A DNA stretch of 64,000 bases from a virus (IMGVR_UViG_3300034684_000059:1-64000), one strand, 5' to 3'; counted from the stretch's first letter, positions 8,875 to 19,634 are shown. The notes: generated by a model not told the origin, from the sequence alone. A program made the numbers and translations.

Positions 8875-10491
8875 ATGAGTGGAAATTTCTACATGAATGA
8901 TGGTTCCAACGTACCGGAACCCAACGACATCCATCAGGCAGCAACTACCAACAGTTCGCGACAAGACCGGACTGTCCCGAAAGGAACTAATACGTTCCTT
9001 AATCTCCTTCGGTCCAGGAGAGTAAATTCGGCACTCTCTGAAGAAGGAGAAAAGTATAAGGCGACTCTCGAGAAGCATCTTAAATCTCGAGACATCGTCA
9101 TGGTAGGTCTTGAACTTGCTGCAGCCTTCGTGGTACATAACGGAAAGCGCGCGGTCGTACTCTATTTCCAGGAACATTATCCGGAAATAGAAAGAGAAGG
9201 TAACTTTGATGTCGACCAGCGAATCATGGAAACGTTTATCGAAGATAAACTGTACGACAACATGGAATTCGTTGACCGGTACATGATCACTCCGGCGGAC
9301 TATACCAGAGCAGAACATATGGCCAACTACTTGACCGCTCTGCTTCTGGTCGATGACGATGCCGGATTCACCATCCACGAAATGCAGTATGACGATTCTC
9401 GAACGAACCAATACTCCATCGACACCAACCCTTCAGCAGCCATCCAGTTCTGCAACAGTTACAGCCCGTGCGGAACTATTGGTCCTATGGACATTGCCAT
9501 TACCCCCTGCCTCAGAGAAGAAGTAGTGTCGTCAGATCCTTATCGACACTCTGAAAAAGACTACAAAACCGAGCCCATTGGTTGTATCGGAGGGTATTTC
9601 GAAATCGTACAATACCGTCCGGTTCGGGACGGTTCTTATCGTAGCAGACGTCGGACCGATGAACCTGAATTGCAGGTTATCATCCACATTTCCGAAGCAC
9701 AAAGCTTGGTACCTTCAGTGAAGTCTTATGCTTATCTGACTGCACTGTTTGCCGACCAAATCTTTAACCATCAACTTTGGCATAAACCGTTCTTGGCTCC
9801 CAATGGATTCGATATTGGGCGTCTCATTCTTGGACCTGATGGTCAGCCTCTGCCTCCCTTGACCGAAGACATGATTCAAGACATCCTTGAAACAAAATTC
9901 GCAGATCCGCTTATCGTGCAGGACATTCCTTTGGGAAGACCCGGCATTCCCATGATGCCGGCCCTTGCAGACACTGGCAAAGACCAGCGTGCGGTTATCG
10001 AGAAAATCGAACACTTCCTGGATGTGCCGCTGAGCGGTATTCACAGCATGACTGACCCGCAGAACGGTCTGTCGACCATTATCGGTACTTGCACCCACGG
10101 TGGCAACGTTACTGACATCCGGAGAATTGGTTTGTTTACCCTTCTTGAGGCCAACAAACCTTTGGAAGATGCGATGGCGTTCCAGTCGTTTGGACGCAAA
10201 CCCATTGATCGTTTGCAGTTCCTTCAGGAACATATGTACCATGATGCAAAAGCATCGTACTTTACGTGGGTGGTACCGATTGAGCCCGACGTAGTCACGG
10301 TACTGGCTCAAGAACTGAAACACCTCAATATCCGGTCTTCTGATATCGACAGTCGTGTGTATAACTACGGTAACGCCTATGACCGTGGTGTACGCTTCGC
10401 CGAAGGTATGAGTACTGCGAGAATTTCTCGCAGCAGAAACGACCGCAATTACCTGCGTGGTTCTCGCGCATACTACCGTCGAGAACGTTAA
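8875..10491 (+). CDS. chmA: Putative chimallin (phage nuclear shell protein, phiKZ gp54-like)
   Basis: 538 aa, immediately upstream of the nvRNAP beta' gene as gp54-gp55 in phiKZ. It has its own early-type promoter and terminator, a disordered N-terminal arm followed by FLNLLRSRR...SEEGEKYKATLEK, and visibly C-rich, high-expression-like codons. Assigned by synteny and character. Confidence 0.62.
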   Translation: MSGNFYMNDGSNVPEPNDIHQAATTNSSRQDRTVPKGTNTFLNLLRSRRVNSALSEEGEKYKATLEKHLKSRDIVMVGLELAAAFVVHNGKRAVVLYFQEHYPEIEREGNFDVDQRIMETFIEDKLYDNMEFVDRYMITPADYTRAEHMANYLTALLLVDDDAGFTIHEMQYDDSRTNQYSIDTNPSAAIQFCNSYSPCGTIGPMDIAITPCLREEVVSSDPYRHSEKDYKTEPIGCIGGYFEIVQYRPVRDGSYRSRRRTDEPELQVIIHISEAQSLVPSVKSYAYLTALFADQIFNHQLWHKPFLAPNGFDIGRLILGPDGQPLPPLTEDMIQDILETKFADPLIVQDIPLGRPGIPMMPALADTGKDQRAVIEKIEHFLDVPLSGIHSMTDPQNGLSTIIGTCTHGGNVTDIRRIGLFTLLEANKPLEDAMAFQSFGRKPIDRLQFLQEHMYHDAKASYFTWVVPIEPDVVTVLAQELKHLNIRSSDIDSRVYNYGNAYDRGVRFAEGMSTARISRSRNDRNYLRGSRAYYRRER

Positions 10492-10505
10492 CCTGTACAC
10501 TTGAT

Positions 10506-10542
10506 GAGATAGCTCTCTCCATCTTCGGGAGAGAGCTATCTC
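10506..10542 (+). terminator. Hairpin terminator
   Basis: GAGATAGCTCTCTCC-atcttcg-GGAGAGAGCTATCTC, 15-bp stem. Confidence 0.7.
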
Positions 10543-10591
10543 TTCTTACGTCGAATACAAGTTCTATTATTTTTCAACTAAGGGTAGAGCA

Positions 10592-12100
10592 ATGAGCAGT
10601 AGAACGTTTAGTCAATATAACCGATTTAAACTGTTTCATTACGATGAAGCTTTTCTAAATTCTCCAAACAGAAAAGTTCTAGAGTTTGAAGCAAGCTCTG
10701 CTGGAGTAAAACACAGTATAGAACGAACAACGCAGATCTTTTACGACATCAATACGACATTGGGATTCGTTGCCTCGTGCGATTGTGGATCGTATTCCGG
10801 CAATTATTACGCAGGAAGTGTTTGTCCTAAATGTGGATCTATCGTACAAAGTCAATTCGCAGAAAATATGGAACATCAATTGTGGCTCGATATCCCACAA
10901 GAGTTTGTTCCTATACCTCACCCAGTGTTTTTCAAAATACTGAAGACATGGATGGGTATGGTAAAATCTCCCGGCAAAAAGAGAGTAAAACTTTCTGTTC
11001 TGGATGCTATAGTTGATCCTGAGCAGGATCTTCCTGCAAACGTTAAGACACACATCCACGGACAAGGATTGACTTACTTCTACAACAACTTCGATGACAT
11101 CATGCAATTCTTCCTCGAAGTGTACCCTAAGACGAAGAAAAGTGCAGATACGAAGTATATCGAATTCTTATACACCAATGAACGAGAACATTTATTCTTA
11201 CGAAAATTCCCATTGCTGAATCCTGCATTGACTCCGCAAGGAAAAGAAGGAAGGATGCGAGCAATAGACAAACCGTCTACGCACATCCTTACCGCAATCA
11301 CAGATCTGAATAATCTTAAAAACAGTCACCGCAGAACATTTGTTCGGTCTAAATACGTGGACAAAATGTTATGGCGAGTTTACGAAAATATATTACAATA
11401 CACAAAAGATATCATCAAAGAAAAGTTGGGTCAGAAATTTGCACATGTCAGAAAACATGTCATGGGCACACGCATCCATTGTTCTTCTCGTACGGTTATC
11501 TCTCCGATCGTAGTACCACATAAGGGAGATGAAATACATTGCCCTTGGGAAGCGGCAGTAAATATATACGGACTACAATTGCGCAATGTGATGACTAATC
11601 GCAAACACCCCATCGTAGATCCCGTTACAGGAAAAATCACCAAGAGAGCATATACTCCTGCAGAAGCAGAGATAAAATATCGACAAGCACAAGTGATGTA
11701 TGATCCAGACGTCCACGCGATGCTTGAAACCCTTATGCGTGAAGCTGGGGGATTCTTTCCGGTGCTCATGGGACGAAATCCAACTTTGGTACATGGCGGG
11801 ATTTTGTATTTGAAACTGGCTAAGATCAAAACGGATATCAATGATCGTACGTACAGTATCCCCCCAATATGGTGCAAAGGACCAAACAACGATTTCGATG
11901 GGGATGAAATGTATGTGATACATATCCAAGAACAGGGTATGGTTGAACATGTCCAGAATCTTCATCCAAAACAACTGATGCTGGATAAAGAGAATCTAGC
12001 AGTAAGTGGAACAGTTGCCCCTACTGCACAAGCAGCAGTGCATCTTAATTCGTTCTTGCATACAGCATACGACGTTCCAGAATCAGTACGATTCAAATAA
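10592..12100 (+). CDS. Non-virion RNA polymerase beta' subunit, N-terminal/catalytic part (phiKZ gp55-like)
   Basis: Zn-binding CDCG...CPKC, K..HVRKHVMGTR.H.S.RTVISP, VLMGRNPTL and catalytic NNDFDGDEM. Confidence 0.9.
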   Translation: MSSRTFSQYNRFKLFHYDEAFLNSPNRKVLEFEASSAGVKHSIERTTQIFYDINTTLGFVASCDCGSYSGNYYAGSVCPKCGSIVQSQFAENMEHQLWLDIPQEFVPIPHPVFFKILKTWMGMVKSPGKKRVKLSVLDAIVDPEQDLPANVKTHIHGQGLTYFYNNFDDIMQFFLEVYPKTKKSADTKYIEFLYTNEREHLFLRKFPLLNPALTPQGKEGRMRAIDKPSTHILTAITDLNNLKNSHRRTFVRSKYVDKMLWRVYENILQYTKDIIKEKLGQKFAHVRKHVMGTRIHCSSRTVISPIVVPHKGDEIHCPWEAAVNIYGLQLRNVMTNRKHPIVDPVTGKITKRAYTPAEAEIKYRQAQVMYDPDVHAMLETLMREAGGFFPVLMGRNPTLVHGGILYLKLAKIKTDINDRTYSIPPIWCKGPNNDFDGDEMYVIHIQEQGMVEHVQNLHPKQLMLDKENLAVSGTVAPTAQAAVHLNSFLHTAYDVPESVRFK

Positions 12101-12114
12101 GTCAACCAGAAAAC

Positions 12115-12144
12115 ATAAGAGGAAGACATTTGTCTTCCTCTTAT
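12115..12144 (+). terminator. Hairpin terminator
   Basis: ATAAGAGGAAGACA-tt-TGTCTTCCTCTTAT. Confidence 0.65.
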
Positions 12145-12204
12145 ATTAGTGTAATTTTCCACTATTGCGTATATGACATGTGAACATATATGGAGGTGTA
12201 ACGG

Positions 12205-12861
12205 ATGTTAGAGTGTCAAGGAGCCCCACCAATGTCGGCCCTATTGGGGACATCTGGTGAGACAGCTCTTAGAGTAAGTCTTGGAAGAAATGCTGAATAT
12301 TTTGGATCTAATTCTGATCCGTATCGAGAACAGTACCATCATTTCAGAGAAGCCATTATTGAGCCTATCCGTAAAGCTCGTCAAACTATCATCCGAGCTG
12401 GGGTCCAATTAAAAGATCCTGAAGCTATTCGATATCTCGAGAAGTTGGAAGATCTGAAAACACTTCCTACGTCTATGATGGGTCCTCTTATCACGTACGA
12501 TCCGTTATATCGTCTTATGCGTCAAGGTCGTATATATGGATGGGGATATGAAGACAATGTCAGCTTGTCTTTAGATAAAGAAATGTACGATAGACTGTTG
12601 AGTAACAACCACATCGAAGATGTGTACAATCACGATGCCAATTATACAGACGATGAGCGAGAAGTAAGAGCATCAATCGCAAAATACTACAACTGGGATG
12701 AAGAAGACATTGTAGTTTTCACTGAAGAACACTCATCCGCAGATAGTGTAATGTATTCGTATGATGAAAGAAGTCTTCTGCGTGCAGCACGCAGATATAT
12801 GGATGACTTCTTAAAAGATACCCCGTTTGATCCTACAGATCCTACGGAACTGAGAGGATGA
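12205..12861 (+). CDS. Conserved nucleus-phage protein (phiKZ gp59-like by synteny)
   Basis: 218 aa with RBS GGAGG. Lies downstream of the gp55-like gene and ends in an acidic DPTDP motif. Confidence 0.5.
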   Translation: MLECQGAPPMSALLGTSGETALRVSLGRNAEYFGSNSDPYREQYHHFREAIIEPIRKARQTIIRAGVQLKDPEAIRYLEKLEDLKTLPTSMMGPLITYDPLYRLMRQGRIYGWGYEDNVSLSLDKEMYDRLLSNNHIEDVYNHDANYTDDEREVRASIAKYYNWDEEDIVVFTEEHSSADSVMYSYDERSLLRAARRYMDDFLKDTPFDPTDPTELRG

Positions 12862-12869
12862 TTCAATAA

Positions 12870-12897
12870 GAGGGGTCGCACCAGATGGCGACCCCTC
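12870..12897 (+). terminator. Hairpin
   Basis: GAGGGGTCGC-accagatg-GCGACCCCTC. Confidence 0.6.
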
Positions 12898-12930
12898 ATT
12901 TAATCTGATTCTATTTTTTTGGAGAAACAA

Positions 12931-13347
12931 ATGAAACCATGTATACCTACGTTAGATTCTGTCGGTAGAATAATCACTGAACCCAAACAGATTGCAGCAT
13001 ACTTGTTACGGCAGATATTTGCTCAACCTGCAGACGGTACAGATATGTATCGGGATCATATCGTATCTTTTCGTTTATTGCACGCACAGTATGGAAACCA
13101 TCCCGATACTTTTGCGGAGATCTTTCAAGATAAATTAAGTGTAGTATTTAGTAGATATTTACCGAACGCAGACGTTCAAGTTCAAGCAGACGTTCCTTCT
13201 GATCCAAGTAAAGCGTATACTTTAAATATCTCAATATTAGCACAGGATAGTTCTGGAACTAATGATCTTGTACTTACCAATGGACTTATCGAAATCGGGC
13301 AAGATGGCCAAACTTTTACTATTAACTTCACAGGAACACAAATATGA
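12931..13347 (+). CDS. Conserved phage protein, possibly gp25-like baseplate wedge/sheath initiator fold
   Basis: Probable start ATG 12931 after GGAG. IPTLDS.G.I.EP...YLL...F pattern and ~140-aa size. Confidence 0.45.
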   Translation: MKPCIPTLDSVGRIITEPKQIAAYLLRQIFAQPADGTDMYRDHIVSFRLLHAQYGNHPDTFAEIFQDKLSVVFSRYLPNADVQVQADVPSDPSKAYTLNISILAQDSSGTNDLVLTNGLIEIGQDGQTFTINFTGTQI

Positions 13348-13976
13348 CCCACACTAACTCCAAAATTCCGGACGATAACGGTGTAGACTTTATGGATGAT
13401 TTTTCTGGAATCATGAAAATCCTGGAAAAAAATACAAAACAACGAGAAACTATTTCTCTTAAAGAGCTTCTGGAGTTTGCTCCTATCTTTAGAGAACTTG
13501 AAGAAGATTGTTCTCCTGACGAAATCGAGTATCGTACAAATCTCGCAAACAAATATTTCCAGAGAGTAAACAGATATTCCCCCATTGAAGTTACGGGAAT
13601 AAATGGGGAAGTTCTCTTCACACTTCCTCCGTCACAAAGAACACTGAATTTATTGGAAAATACTCAAATTGTATCCGAGATTTCCGGTAATTGGGAAAAG
13701 TTTGCACCTCATCAGCAGAAAATGGCTCTGAAGATATTGGAAAACAATATCTTTCATAGTCAAAAATTAGAAGTATCCGAAGTTACTACGTTGAGAACGA
13801 TCATACATCAGATGGACATCCATGTGTTGTATCATACAAATCCTGAATTCAAAGCAATGGTAGATGCACAAATCGAAATTTCAGAAATAGAAGAACTCCC
13901 GGATAATGAGTCCCTCACCTATGGTTCAGATATGCCGGATTACGATATATACGATGACCAACTTGAAGACGAATAA
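13344..13976 (+). CDS. Conserved hypothetical phage protein
   Basis: 210 aa, ATGA overlap with the upstream gene. PIEVTGINGEVLFTLPP motif and acidic tail. Confidence 0.6.
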   Translation: MTHTNSKIPDDNGVDFMDDFSGIMKILEKNTKQRETISLKELLEFAPIFRELEEDCSPDEIEYRTNLANKYFQRVNRYSPIEVTGINGEVLFTLPPSQRTLNLLENTQIVSEISGNWEKFAPHQQKMALKILENNIFHSQKLEVSEVTTLRTIIHQMDIHVLYHTNPEFKAMVDAQIEISEIEELPDNESLTYGSDMPDYDIYDDQLEDE

Positions 13977-13990
13977 GGAAATTTTTTCAA

Positions 13991-15112
13991 ATGACATCAA
14001 CAAAGTATCGTATCTTATCAATTTCTGACTTACATCTAGATCATCCTAAAGTAAGTGCAGAACACATGATAACGTCTTTGGAATTGTTCTTGCTGTCTAA
14101 AATACCAACAGCTAAACTGTTATTCATAGCAGGAGATACATTTCACAGACACATGAAAGTAGACTCCATAAATGCTCTTAAGACTATAGAGTTCTTGCAG
14201 AGATTGTTAACTATTTGTAAAACTTCAAATTGTAAATTGCGAGTACTTCGAGGAACATTCACCCACGACAGAAATCAATGTCAACTATTCGAAAGTCTCA
14301 ATGAACATATCAATGCAGACCTTAAGTATTTCGACAATGTGGAATTAGAACACATTGAAGATCTAGCATTAAAAGTATTATACCTTCCGGATAACTTACC
14401 GTATACTGATTCAGAGGAGTGTATCTCAGACATCAAAAAGAGAATGTCTGAAGTCCTGTGGGATACAGTAGACCTTGTTATTGGTCATGGATATTTCGAA
14501 CACGTTCTTCCTCCTGGAGCGCATCATAAACCCCCATGTCTTTTTACAAAGAATCAATTTAAAGACTTTGTCAAAGGACTTGTACTTATGGGGCATGTGC
14601 ACACTTCCTCTAGAAAAGGAAATATCCTTTATCATGGTTCATTTGAAAGAATGAATCACGGAGAAGAAGAATCAAAAGGGTATCTAATCATAGATAGAGA
14701 TGGTGATAAATATCATCCGACGTTTGTTGAAAACACTAATTCCATCTTGTTTTCTACGATATATCCTAGAGGAAATACTGTCGATGAACTTTTCAAAGAT
14801 CTACAAAAACAAGTGCTTGATAAATTCGGCTCTCGTCCGTATGGACACCTCCGGATAGGACTATCAGAGACAGATCTGCGTCAAGTTCTAGTCAGTCAAA
14901 TGTCTGAATTATACGGAGAACATTTACACGTTACGGGATTAAACACTACAAAACCTACAACTTCAGACCAAGTTGTAACTAATCATAATTTTCAGGTATT
15001 TACACAAGTGGAACCTACCGAAGAAAATCTTGCGGAGTTAATTAAAAACCACATGCAAGAAACCAACCAACCAGAATTAGATATTGAAAGAATTCGTGAA
15101 CTACTTGTGTGA
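13991..15112 (+). CDS. sbcD: SbcD/Mre11-like metallophosphoesterase nuclease
   Basis: SDLH, IAGD, LRGTFTHD, GHG, MGHVH and YHGSFER calcineurin-like motifs. Confidence 0.85.
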   Translation: MTSTKYRILSISDLHLDHPKVSAEHMITSLELFLLSKIPTAKLLFIAGDTFHRHMKVDSINALKTIEFLQRLLTICKTSNCKLRVLRGTFTHDRNQCQLFESLNEHINADLKYFDNVELEHIEDLALKVLYLPDNLPYTDSEECISDIKKRMSEVLWDTVDLVIGHGYFEHVLPPGAHHKPPCLFTKNQFKDFVKGLVLMGHVHTSSRKGNILYHGSFERMNHGEEESKGYLIIDRDGDKYHPTFVENTNSILFSTIYPRGNTVDELFKDLQKQVLDKFGSRPYGHLRIGLSETDLRQVLVSQMSELYGEHLHVTGLNTTKPTTSDQVVTNHNFQVFTQVEPTEENLAELIKNHMQETNQPELDIERIRELLV

Positions 15113-15127
15113 AGGAGGATATAGTTT

Positions 15128-16009
15128 GTGATAAATCAAACCGAAGAAGGATTGAGTCTAGGCGTATCAAAAATAATAGATACCTTCTACAATCTAAGTC
15201 AAGCTAAGCAGAAGATTGCCTGGGACATCATCACGATTAATATCTCAACATTAATACGAAACAATTGCAGTAAAGAGGTTTCTGATGAAACCATTCTTCA
15301 TAATGTCGATGAAGACTTAGATCAAATTGTCAAGTCTATATCTAAATACTATCAATCGTTCACTCATCCTCCAGAACAAACCGCAGTTTTGTTGTACTTC
15401 CCAGATTATTCTGCATTGCCTGAACTACACCGTAGAACGGAAAACAAAACTAATGCAAGAATACGAAAAATCACAGAACAATTTTCTTCACGTACACTTA
15501 CAAAAAATACCAAAGAAAAAGTTATAATGTTTGAGAACTTAACGTGTATCATACGTAAAGCTGGAACTTCCAAACTTTTCCCCCATCAAGAAATCTATCA
15601 GTACCTTACTCACACGATAGGCAAAGGTGCATTGTCCAAAATCAAAACTTTATTTGGTCTTAGACAATTAAAAGTTGCCATGCTTAGCCATTGTCCACTG
15701 GATTTTCATCTGTGCAGGTACACTAAGAATTTTACCTTAATAGAAAGTTATACTGGAAACACAAAAACGGCAATTGATTTTGGATCAAAACTATTCGATT
15801 CTGAGTACGTTCCGTTTAACACGGCAACTCACCTTTTGTTTGGAGATAAAGTTCATGTTGTTCCGATAGTTAAAAGAAACCATAAGAAGATGTTTTTGGA
15901 GTATGCAAAAAAACAACGGTGGTTAACATTAGATGAACCAAAAATTGTCCAGCTTATAGCTGCAACTGGACAAGTTCCTAAACAAGTGTTAACTACTGTA
16001 AAATTTTAA
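15128..16009 (+). CDS. Conserved phiKZ-like protein (gp66-like; possible degenerate PIN/5'-nuclease fold)
   Basis: INISTLIRN...SHCPLD..L...LIESYTG...PFN.ATHLLFGD. Lies between the SbcD-like and ChmC-like genes. Confidence 0.5.
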   Translation: MINQTEEGLSLGVSKIIDTFYNLSQAKQKIAWDIITINISTLIRNNCSKEVSDETILHNVDEDLDQIVKSISKYYQSFTHPPEQTAVLLYFPDYSALPELHRRTENKTNARIRKITEQFSSRTLTKNTKEKVIMFENLTCIIRKAGTSKLFPHQEIYQYLTHTIGKGALSKIKTLFGLRQLKVAMLSHCPLDFHLCRYTKNFTLIESYTGNTKTAIDFGSKLFDSEYVPFNTATHLLFGDKVHVVPIVKRNHKKMFLEYAKKQRWLTLDEPKIVQLIAATGQVPKQVLTTVKF

Positions 16010-16019
16010 GGAGAATATC

Positions 16020-16655
16020 ATGTGCACGTTGTATGCTGAAGCAGGCAAAAATCGATTGACCTTCAATGCATTCAGGGGTATGGGAACATTGGCCGTATTT
16101 GGGGATCAGGGGAATTCTCCGGTTATCAATATAGCTCTTCCTCCCAAGGGAGTACAGTTCTTTATTGATTATGCTCCGAAGCTACTGACTGTAGGTCCTG
16201 GAACAAGATTCCCTTGCAAGATCTCGAAAAGAAAACCCAATGCAGACGGCGGAAAACCTGAAATCATAGAAACTTTTCTGCATCTTGGAAAAACCGAACA
16301 GAACCTTCCGTATGTAGAAATCACCAGCAATGGACGAAGTGAAAAATTCCCCATTCGTCCCAGTAAACAGGTTGAGATTCCTGGACACGCTGACGACATG
16401 GAAGCACAGATGGCCATGGAACTGCGTGCATTTGTGCGTTACATAACTCAGCAGTGGACTATAGAAATAGCAAATTCTAGAAGTTCTGGAAATTCTGGGA
16501 ATGCTGGTTCTGGAGGAAACTCTAATAATTACCGTAAGAATTATAACAATAACCGCAATTACAATAATCGTAATAACAATTACGGGTCGAATAACCAGTA
16601 CCAGAATAATGGAAACAATTCTTCTGGAGAAGAAAACGCAGACGGAATCTACTAA
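16020..16655 (+). CDS. chmC: Putative ChmC-like RNA/ssDNA-binding protein (Whirly-like core plus Asn/Gly-rich disordered tail)
   Basis: ~150-aa folded core followed by SSGNSGNAGSGGNSNNYRKNYNNNRNYNNRNNNYG...DGIY. Immediately upstream of the gp68-like gene, as phiKZ gp67. Confidence 0.55.
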   Translation: MCTLYAEAGKNRLTFNAFRGMGTLAVFGDQGNSPVINIALPPKGVQFFIDYAPKLLTVGPGTRFPCKISKRKPNADGGKPEIIETFLHLGKTEQNLPYVEITSNGRSEKFPIRPSKQVEIPGHADDMEAQMAMELRAFVRYITQQWTIEIANSRSSGNSGNAGSGGNSNNYRKNYNNNRNYNNRNNNYGSNNQYQNNGNNSSGEENADGIY

Positions 16656-16668
16656 CGTACATAGATAC

Positions 16669-16697
16669 TACGGAGCACCTTAAACGGGTGCTCCGTA
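16669..16697 (+). terminator. Hairpin terminator
   Basis: TACGGAGCACC-ttaaacg-GGTGCTCCGTA. Confidence 0.65.
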
Positions 16698-16718
16698 TAG
16701 TCAACAGAATCAGACAGA

Positions 16719-16733
16719 TATATTACTATTTGG
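16719..16733 (+). promoter_or_regulatory. Early (virion RNAP) promoter TATATTAC
   Basis: Exact phiKZ early-promoter core, intergenic, upstream of the gp68-like gene. Confidence 0.7.
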
Positions 16734-16783
16734 ATACTGGGTTATAGTTTTATTGATGTAATTTTTAATTTTGAGGGAACACA

Positions 16784-18412
16784 ATGCTACAGTTCGTTGA
16801 AGTAGAAAATTTTAGTTCTCAATCTCCATACGTCAATGTGGTCCATTCTGGGTTTGATTTGGTCTTTGATAACATAGACATTAAAGACCATCCTGAATTT
16901 CTCAAATTCAGTTTAAAACCATACAGTGCATTGACTAGTACTTTGAAGACTGGTCCTGGAGTTGCGCTTCATCCGATAAATCAGTTCGCAATGACTCTTC
17001 CTACCTCGATTCAAAAACGAATCGTAGAAATGCTTGTGGAATGCCATGTTGCTATTATAAATGGTCCAGAATACGATGACGAACAAGTTGAAAGTTATTC
17101 GGATTTTCTAGCCCAGTTAGAAAAACTGGAAGACACTCTTGGTGATATCATCCTCAAGATGGAAAAAGATACAGATCTTTCTGTCCTCTTAGAAGAGTAT
17201 GTTCGATCCGAAGACTCTCAGATTCCTATCGCAGATATGGCAGATGCAGGTACACGACCTCACGATAGTCCCGAAATGACTTTCTTGAAAGAGGAAGCAG
17301 TTATACTCACAACGGTTTCATTGTATATGAAACTTCTGTCTTTGGTTATGGGGACATTCTTGGCTAAGTATAGTAGTGTGATAGATTCTGAGCAAAGAGA
17401 ATTTCATGCAAGAGCTATCACCAACGCTTTACTTGGCGCAAAGTATCGTCAGATCATGCTCAAGCTCTATGACTACATTGAGAGATTGATCGAAACTAGA
17501 TGCAAATTAACAAAAACGATAACTCCTACTAGTGCATATTGTGGACAAAGTACTGCAAGCTTATCTCGCAGGGAGTTCGATGTTGCTATAGTTAAACGAT
17601 TAGTCGGAGCAGATCTTTACAGATCCGAAGGAAACATCATCAAGTATTTGGCAGCATCTGGTAAAAGTGGTGCTGAGTCAAAACTAAAAAATGCTGAAAA
17701 TACGCATGGAACTAAAATCATGTCTGATCCTAACGATAAAGATCAGTCTGATGAAGGTAATGCCAGTGCGTTCGAAATGGGCTCAAGACAATCGTCCAAA
17801 ACAGCGGATACTCCGCTTATCGTGGAGTGTGGTGCTGAAAGTTTGATCGTCGAACAGCTTGAAACAGAACATATTTCAAACGAAGAATTTGAAATGGTTT
17901 TAGCGTATTATGAAAGAAATCCTCTCCGAATCAATCCTTTTGGAAAATATCTTCTTGGACTCTCTTTCGGACACACACTTGGAGGAGGAACTTATATCCA
18001 ACTTCTGAACCTTCCCATAATAACAAAACTGACAACTATACTACAGATAACTTACGCTCGAGCCGGTATATCTCAACTTGCACACATCATGTCTGCCAAT
18101 ATGGGAACTCCTGGAACACGTGTTCCTAAAGATACGGACATCATCTTAAACTCAGGATGGCAGAATCTTCCAGAATATATCGAGTGTCGTAAGACTTTAG
18201 TTTCCGGATTTGGAGAATATGAATGGAACTCTGTGTTTCGTAGTTTTGTGGAATGTTGTCTGACAACCCCTATCTATTACAACACAGCTCCAGCTATATG
18301 GGATCTGCTGAATGAACGCCCCACAAATGGACAGGAAATCAAAGAATTCCTTCCATTATTGGCTAAAGTTATCAAGTTCTCGACTCATACGTATTTAAAT
18401 AGTGAGGTCTGA
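16784..18412 (+). CDS. Putative nvRNAP specificity subunit (phiKZ gp68-like)
   Basis: 542-aa helical protein with an HDSPEMTF motif, under an early promoter, at the syntenic position. Confidence 0.55.
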   Translation: MLQFVEVENFSSQSPYVNVVHSGFDLVFDNIDIKDHPEFLKFSLKPYSALTSTLKTGPGVALHPINQFAMTLPTSIQKRIVEMLVECHVAIINGPEYDDEQVESYSDFLAQLEKLEDTLGDIILKMEKDTDLSVLLEEYVRSEDSQIPIADMADAGTRPHDSPEMTFLKEEAVILTTVSLYMKLLSLVMGTFLAKYSSVIDSEQREFHARAITNALLGAKYRQIMLKLYDYIERLIETRCKLTKTITPTSAYCGQSTASLSRREFDVAIVKRLVGADLYRSEGNIIKYLAASGKSGAESKLKNAENTHGTKIMSDPNDKDQSDEGNASAFEMGSRQSSKTADTPLIVECGAESLIVEQLETEHISNEEFEMVLAYYERNPLRINPFGKYLLGLSFGHTLGGGTYIQLLNLPIITKLTTILQITYARAGISQLAHIMSANMGTPGTRVPKDTDIILNSGWQNLPEYIECRKTLVSGFGEYEWNSVFRSFVECCLTTPIYYNTAPAIWDLLNERPTNGQEIKEFLPLLAKVIKFSTHTYLNSEV

Positions 18413-19634
18413 TGTGTTTGATGTAGTAGAAGTAGATCTTCCCTTAGTGGAGTATGAACTAGATACTACTACGATATATGTTCCAAATTGCTCTGCATGG
18501 AACTCAGATGAAATATACTGCGCACGCGGTGGAAGATTGTCTTTGGATTGTCATCTGTCGAAATGTATAGTAACAACTCAATTCAAAGATAGTATCTTCG
18601 AATATACTCTACTAGCAAAAGCTCACCCTGAGAAAAACACGCGCATCATGTTCCCTATTTGTTCCAAACTGATCCCTCCTAGTTCTTCAGGGGAGGATGT
18701 CTCAGTGTATTTGCATCTTAAAGGAATACATGAGTTCCATTGGGAATGCAACAAAGAACAACCGCACGTTCCACAATTTATAGGGGAAACGCTGTGGAAG
18801 TTAGAGATGGATGCGCTTATAGATCAATACCCTGCAATAAGTACACGCTCACAAGAACATTGTCTGGATCTTACGTATTGTCCAGAACATGAAAATCTTG
18901 AAACTTTCATAACTCTAGCCAGAGATGAGTTCGTCCATGAATTAAACTTTCACCGAGTAGCTCGAGATCCTTGGGAAGAGTATTGTTCTTTGGACTCATT
19001 GAAAAAGCATCTGTATCCCCAAAAAGATAAAGAGTTACTTTTAAGTGTGATGTTCAGCACCATGGAAGAATTTCCAAGTTTAGACATCAACTATCTTCTC
19101 TTCATTTTACGACAAGCCGGGGATGGAGCTGTACGATATCAAAAAGCACAGATAGAAAGTCCTCATTTGACTTCAGACATCGAAACTCAAGACTATCGAG
19201 AGATAACTAATCTTTATTATCTGCTCAGTAGATCAAGATATAACGATATCAAATTGGAGTACGAGATATATTCGGACAACATCCGATTGACTCACAGCAA
19301 TATCTACAATGAGTACTTTCGTACCAATTCCGTAGAAAGTATGCGCTTGCGATCAGATATAGAAAGTATTATTTTACATCCAGATTTTCTTATGGATCTA
19401 GAGAATAGTACCATAGATCTTGCGCTTAGTAACTACGGAGAAACTCGAGCAGCCAATATCTTGGTTGAAGCTAACTCGAATTCTGAATTAATAGGAGAGT
19501 TATGTTTTGATTATCAGTATGGATTTTTAATTGTATCTCTTACGTTGTACCTTCGAAACGGAAAAACTACTACTCTTTCGATCGTAAGAGATATGCAAGT
19601 ATTGTCGACCATTTCTCAAACTTTAAAGTTCTAG
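18402..19634 (+). CDS. Hypothetical protein inserted in the core block
   Basis: 410-aa ORF (start may be GTG 18414), no recognisable motif. Confidence 0.6.
   Translation: MRSDVFDVVEVDLPLVEYELDTTTIYVPNCSAWNSDEIYCARGGRLSLDCHLSKCIVTTQFKDSIFEYTLLAKAHPEKNTRIMFPICSKLIPPSSSGEDVSVYLHLKGIHEFHWECNKEQPHVPQFIGETLWKLEMDALIDQYPAISTRSQEHCLDLTYCPEHENLETFITLARDEFVHELNFHRVARDPWEEYCSLDSLKKHLYPQKDKELLLSVMFSTMEEFPSLDINYLLFILRQAGDGAVRYQKAQIESPHLTSDIETQDYREITNLYYLLSRSRYNDIKLEYEIYSDNIRLTHSNIYNEYFRTNSVESMRLRSDIESIILHPDFLMDLENSTIDLALSNYGETRAANILVEANSNSELIGELCFDYQYGFLIVSLTLYLRNGKTTTLSIVRDMQVLSTISQTLKF

Noticed and set aside
8836-10500. Long antisense ORFs (191 aa and 261 aa) opposite the chimallin candidate
   Set aside because: These are the expected shadows of a gene with biased codon usage, with no RBS or motif support.
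11389-11396. Intragenic TATATTAC here and at 42670-42677
   Set aside because: Both lie inside coding sequence and lack the N5-TG and upstream context. Chance matches are expected in AT-rich DNA.
16520-16620. AAT/AAC microsatellite-like repeat
   Set aside because: It is explained by the Asn-rich tail of the ChmC-like protein.
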